DNA of 59,773 nt, taken from positions 1 to 59,773 of the forward strand of contig DASWKB010000030.1 of the NCBI GenBank assembly GCA_036396895.1. Reading direction: 5' to 3'. A program made the position numbers and the translations under genes. This document shows, in pieces, positions 58,201-59,773 of this stretch. The notes beneath the pieces were generated by a model, which was given only the letters and a program-made list of their open reading frames with translations, did not search any database and was not told where the DNA came from. The stretch's first letter is position 1; the number at the start of each line of letters is the position of its first letter. The stretch is from a bacterium (GTDB lineage: Bacteria; Omnitrophota; Gorgyraeia; Aquiviventales; Aquiviventaceae).

Positions 58201-58245
58201 GTCTGTGGCGTCTGTGGTGCTCTTGAGCTCTGTGCGCTCTGTGTG
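58201..58245. repeat. Nonamer array (CTCTGTG type)
   Basis: GTCTGTGGC GTCTGTGGT GCTCTTGAG CTCTGTGCG CTCTGTGTG; reverse-complement relative of the CACAGAG units at 20592-20642. Confidence 0.75.
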
Positions 58246-58247
58246 CC

Positions 58248-58277
58248 TTGACGCGCTTGCGCGCGCTCGTGCATACT
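58248..58277 (+). promoter_or_regulatory. Putative sigma70 promoter for pilin cluster
   Basis: TTGACG (58248-53), 18 nt, CATACT (58272-77). Confidence 0.5.
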
Positions 58278-58401
58278 TGAATTACTCAGGGGTTCAAGGA
58301 GTTACGACGCAGGGACCCGGGGGCGGGGCGTCCGGCGGACGGAGCCGGAAGCCCGGGTCCCTGAGTGCATGCATGGTCCAGCCGCAAGGGGGGCGGGGAG
58401 G

Positions 58402-58752
58402 ATGACGCATCGCATTCGAGGCGAGCGCGGCGCCGTGCTCGGTCTCATGATCATTCTGGCCTTCGTCGCCGCCATCGTTGCCTACGGCAACGTCATGATG
58501 GCCATCTCCCAGTCCCGCCAGTCGCAATGGTGGCATGAGCGCCCGCCGGCCCGCTACGCGGCCGAAGCCGGCCTCGTCATCGCCCAGGAACGGCTGTGGG
58601 CGAACCCGAACTACTGCGCGAGCAACGACGTCGTGCCCATCGACGTCGACGGGAACGGCAGCACGACCGATCCGGGCGATCTGTCGGTGGCGATCACGGT
58701 GCAGCCGTGCGGCTCCCCCACCCGGACGATCACGACGAAGGTGGTGTACTGA
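58402..58752 (+). CDS. PilX/PilK-like minor pilin
   Basis: Basic leader, ERG|AVLGLMIIL hydrophobic helix without E5, A.YAAEAGL..A; SD GGGGAGG. Confidence 0.65.
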   Translation: MTHRIRGERGAVLGLMIILAFVAAIVAYGNVMMAISQSRQSQWWHERPPARYAAEAGLVIAQERLWANPNYCASNDVVPIDVDGNGSTTDPGDLSVAITVQPCGSPTRTITTKVVY

Positions 58753-59166
58753 ATGATCCGCCGCCGCGGGTACACGCTGATGGAGATCCTGATCACCGTC
58801 AGCATTCTGGGCATTCTGGCCGCGATCGCGATTCCGCGGTTCGGCAAGGTCGCCGAGCGGCAGCGGTACCAGGAAGCGGCGAGCCTGCTGGGGAGCATCT
58901 ACGCGGGGGAGCAGGCGTACGCGACGCGTCACGACGGCGATTACCGCGGCACGCCGGCCAACAAGCTCGACTGGCGGAACGATCTGATGATGGACGACCC
59001 GAACCCGGCGGACGGCTCGATCTCGTACACGATCCAAATCAGCCCGGGCGCGGACAAGTTCACCGCGTCGGCCAAGCGGACGAAGGGGGGCTGCAACAAC
59101 AAGTCCATCAGCGTGGACCAGGACGGCGTCTGGTCGGACACCTGGCGGACGGCCGGATGCTTCTAG
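58753..59166 (+). CDS. Type IV pilin (prepilin)
   Basis: RRRG|YTLMEILITVSILGILAAIAIPRF class III signal with E5; C-terminal Cys pair. Confidence 0.93.
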   Translation: MIRRRGYTLMEILITVSILGILAAIAIPRFGKVAERQRYQEAASLLGSIYAGEQAYATRHDGDYRGTPANKLDWRNDLMMDDPNPADGSISYTIQISPGADKFTASAKRTKGGCNNKSISVDQDGVWSDTWRTAGCF

Positions 59167-59564
59167 CGCGGCCGCGCGGCTACACGCTCATGGAAGTCAT
59201 GGTGACCGTCGCGGTCATCGGCGTGCTCGCGGCCCTGGCGATGCCGCGGTTCGGACGGACGTTTGAGCGCGAGCGCTGGCAACAGGCGGGGGACATGCTG
59301 CTGGCCATCTATCACGGCGAGCGGCTGTACGCGCTGCGCAACGACGGGGTGTATCAGACGACCACTCCAGCGACCCAGGCGGAATGGCGGGACAAGCTGC
59401 GCATGGACAACCCGACGCCGCCGGACGGGTCGGTGACGTTCGCGGTCGGCGCGGGGGCGGGGGGGTTCAGCGCGACGGCGACCCGCGTGGGCGGGCCGTC
59501 CAATGGAAAGACGAGGACGATCAACGGCAACCGGGTGCTCGGCGGCACCTGGACGCGGCCCTGA
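59157..59564 (+). CDS. Type IV pilin (paralogue of upstream pilin)
   Basis: RPRG|YTLMEVMVTVAVIGVLAALAMPRF; globular part aligns with the upstream pilin. Confidence 0.92.
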   Translation: MLLARPRGYTLMEVMVTVAVIGVLAALAMPRFGRTFERERWQQAGDMLLAIYHGERLYALRNDGVYQTTTPATQAEWRDKLRMDNPTPPDGSVTFAVGAGAGGFSATATRVGGPSNGKTRTINGNRVLGGTWTRP

Positions 59565-59587
59565 GAGACGGGAGGGGACCGGACGGG

Positions 59588-59773
59588 ATGGACGAACGCG
59601 GGTTTTCGCTCATGGAAGTGCTCATCGCCTCGGTGCTCGCGGCGGTCGTCGCCGCCGGGACGCTGGCCTCGTTCGTGGCGTCAGCCAGGATCACCGGCAA
59701 TTACAACGCCTCCACGATGGCGGAGGCGGGCGGGATTTCGATGCAGATCGTCGAGAAGTTCCGCGACAACGTC
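59588..59773 (+). CDS. PilV-like minor pilin (runs off window end)
   Basis: MDERG|FSLMEVLIASVLAAVVAAGTLASF...; no stop before window end; not in ORF track. Confidence 0.85.
   Translation, partial: MDERGFSLMEVLIASVLAAVVAAGTLASFVASARITGNYNASTMAEAGGISMQIVEKFRDNV

Overview
High-GC bacterial chromosomal window, most likely PVC superphylum and probably Omnitrophota. The lineage call rests on the PVC small basic signature protein at 12101-12346, plus an ExeA/GspB pair, an EF-Tu-domain-like mini protein and a type IV pilin cluster; the phylum assignment is inference. I support 62 CDSs, 60 on the + strand, almost all housekeeping: trpA(partial)-manC-yqgF-M16 peptidase-rpe-pgm-lepA-lepB; lipoprotein-pgsA-der-plsY; SPOR-sbp-nnrE-aroB; pgk-tpiA-secG-oppABCDF; marC-thiG-MFS/spermidine-synthase/TPR fusion-leuB-asd-truA-NSS transporter; rplM-rpsI followed by a 16-gene argCJBDFGH-lysA-dapF-dapA-dapB-dapL-folK-panC-panD-nadX run; uvrA; TPR-exbB-exbD-cutA; and the start of a pilin cluster. 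No tRNA, rRNA, CRISPR, transposase or phage gene was recognised. The most unusual signal is non-coding. Nine intergenic regions carry degenerate 7-nt and 9-nt tandem arrays, mostly arranged as inverted (some nested) arm pairs and built from a small reusable set of unit types. Some copies align without gaps across 8-18 kb (11355-11470 with 20686-20801; 16098-16133 with the reverse complement of 34592-34627; 23022-23058 with 31075-31111). Also notable: a 47-aa very basic protein missed by the ORF track (51489-51632, Cc1-like motif plus Arg-rich tail), a QLELF clamp-type motif on a membrane SPOR protein, and a LeuB with an NADP-type APKY coenzyme motif.
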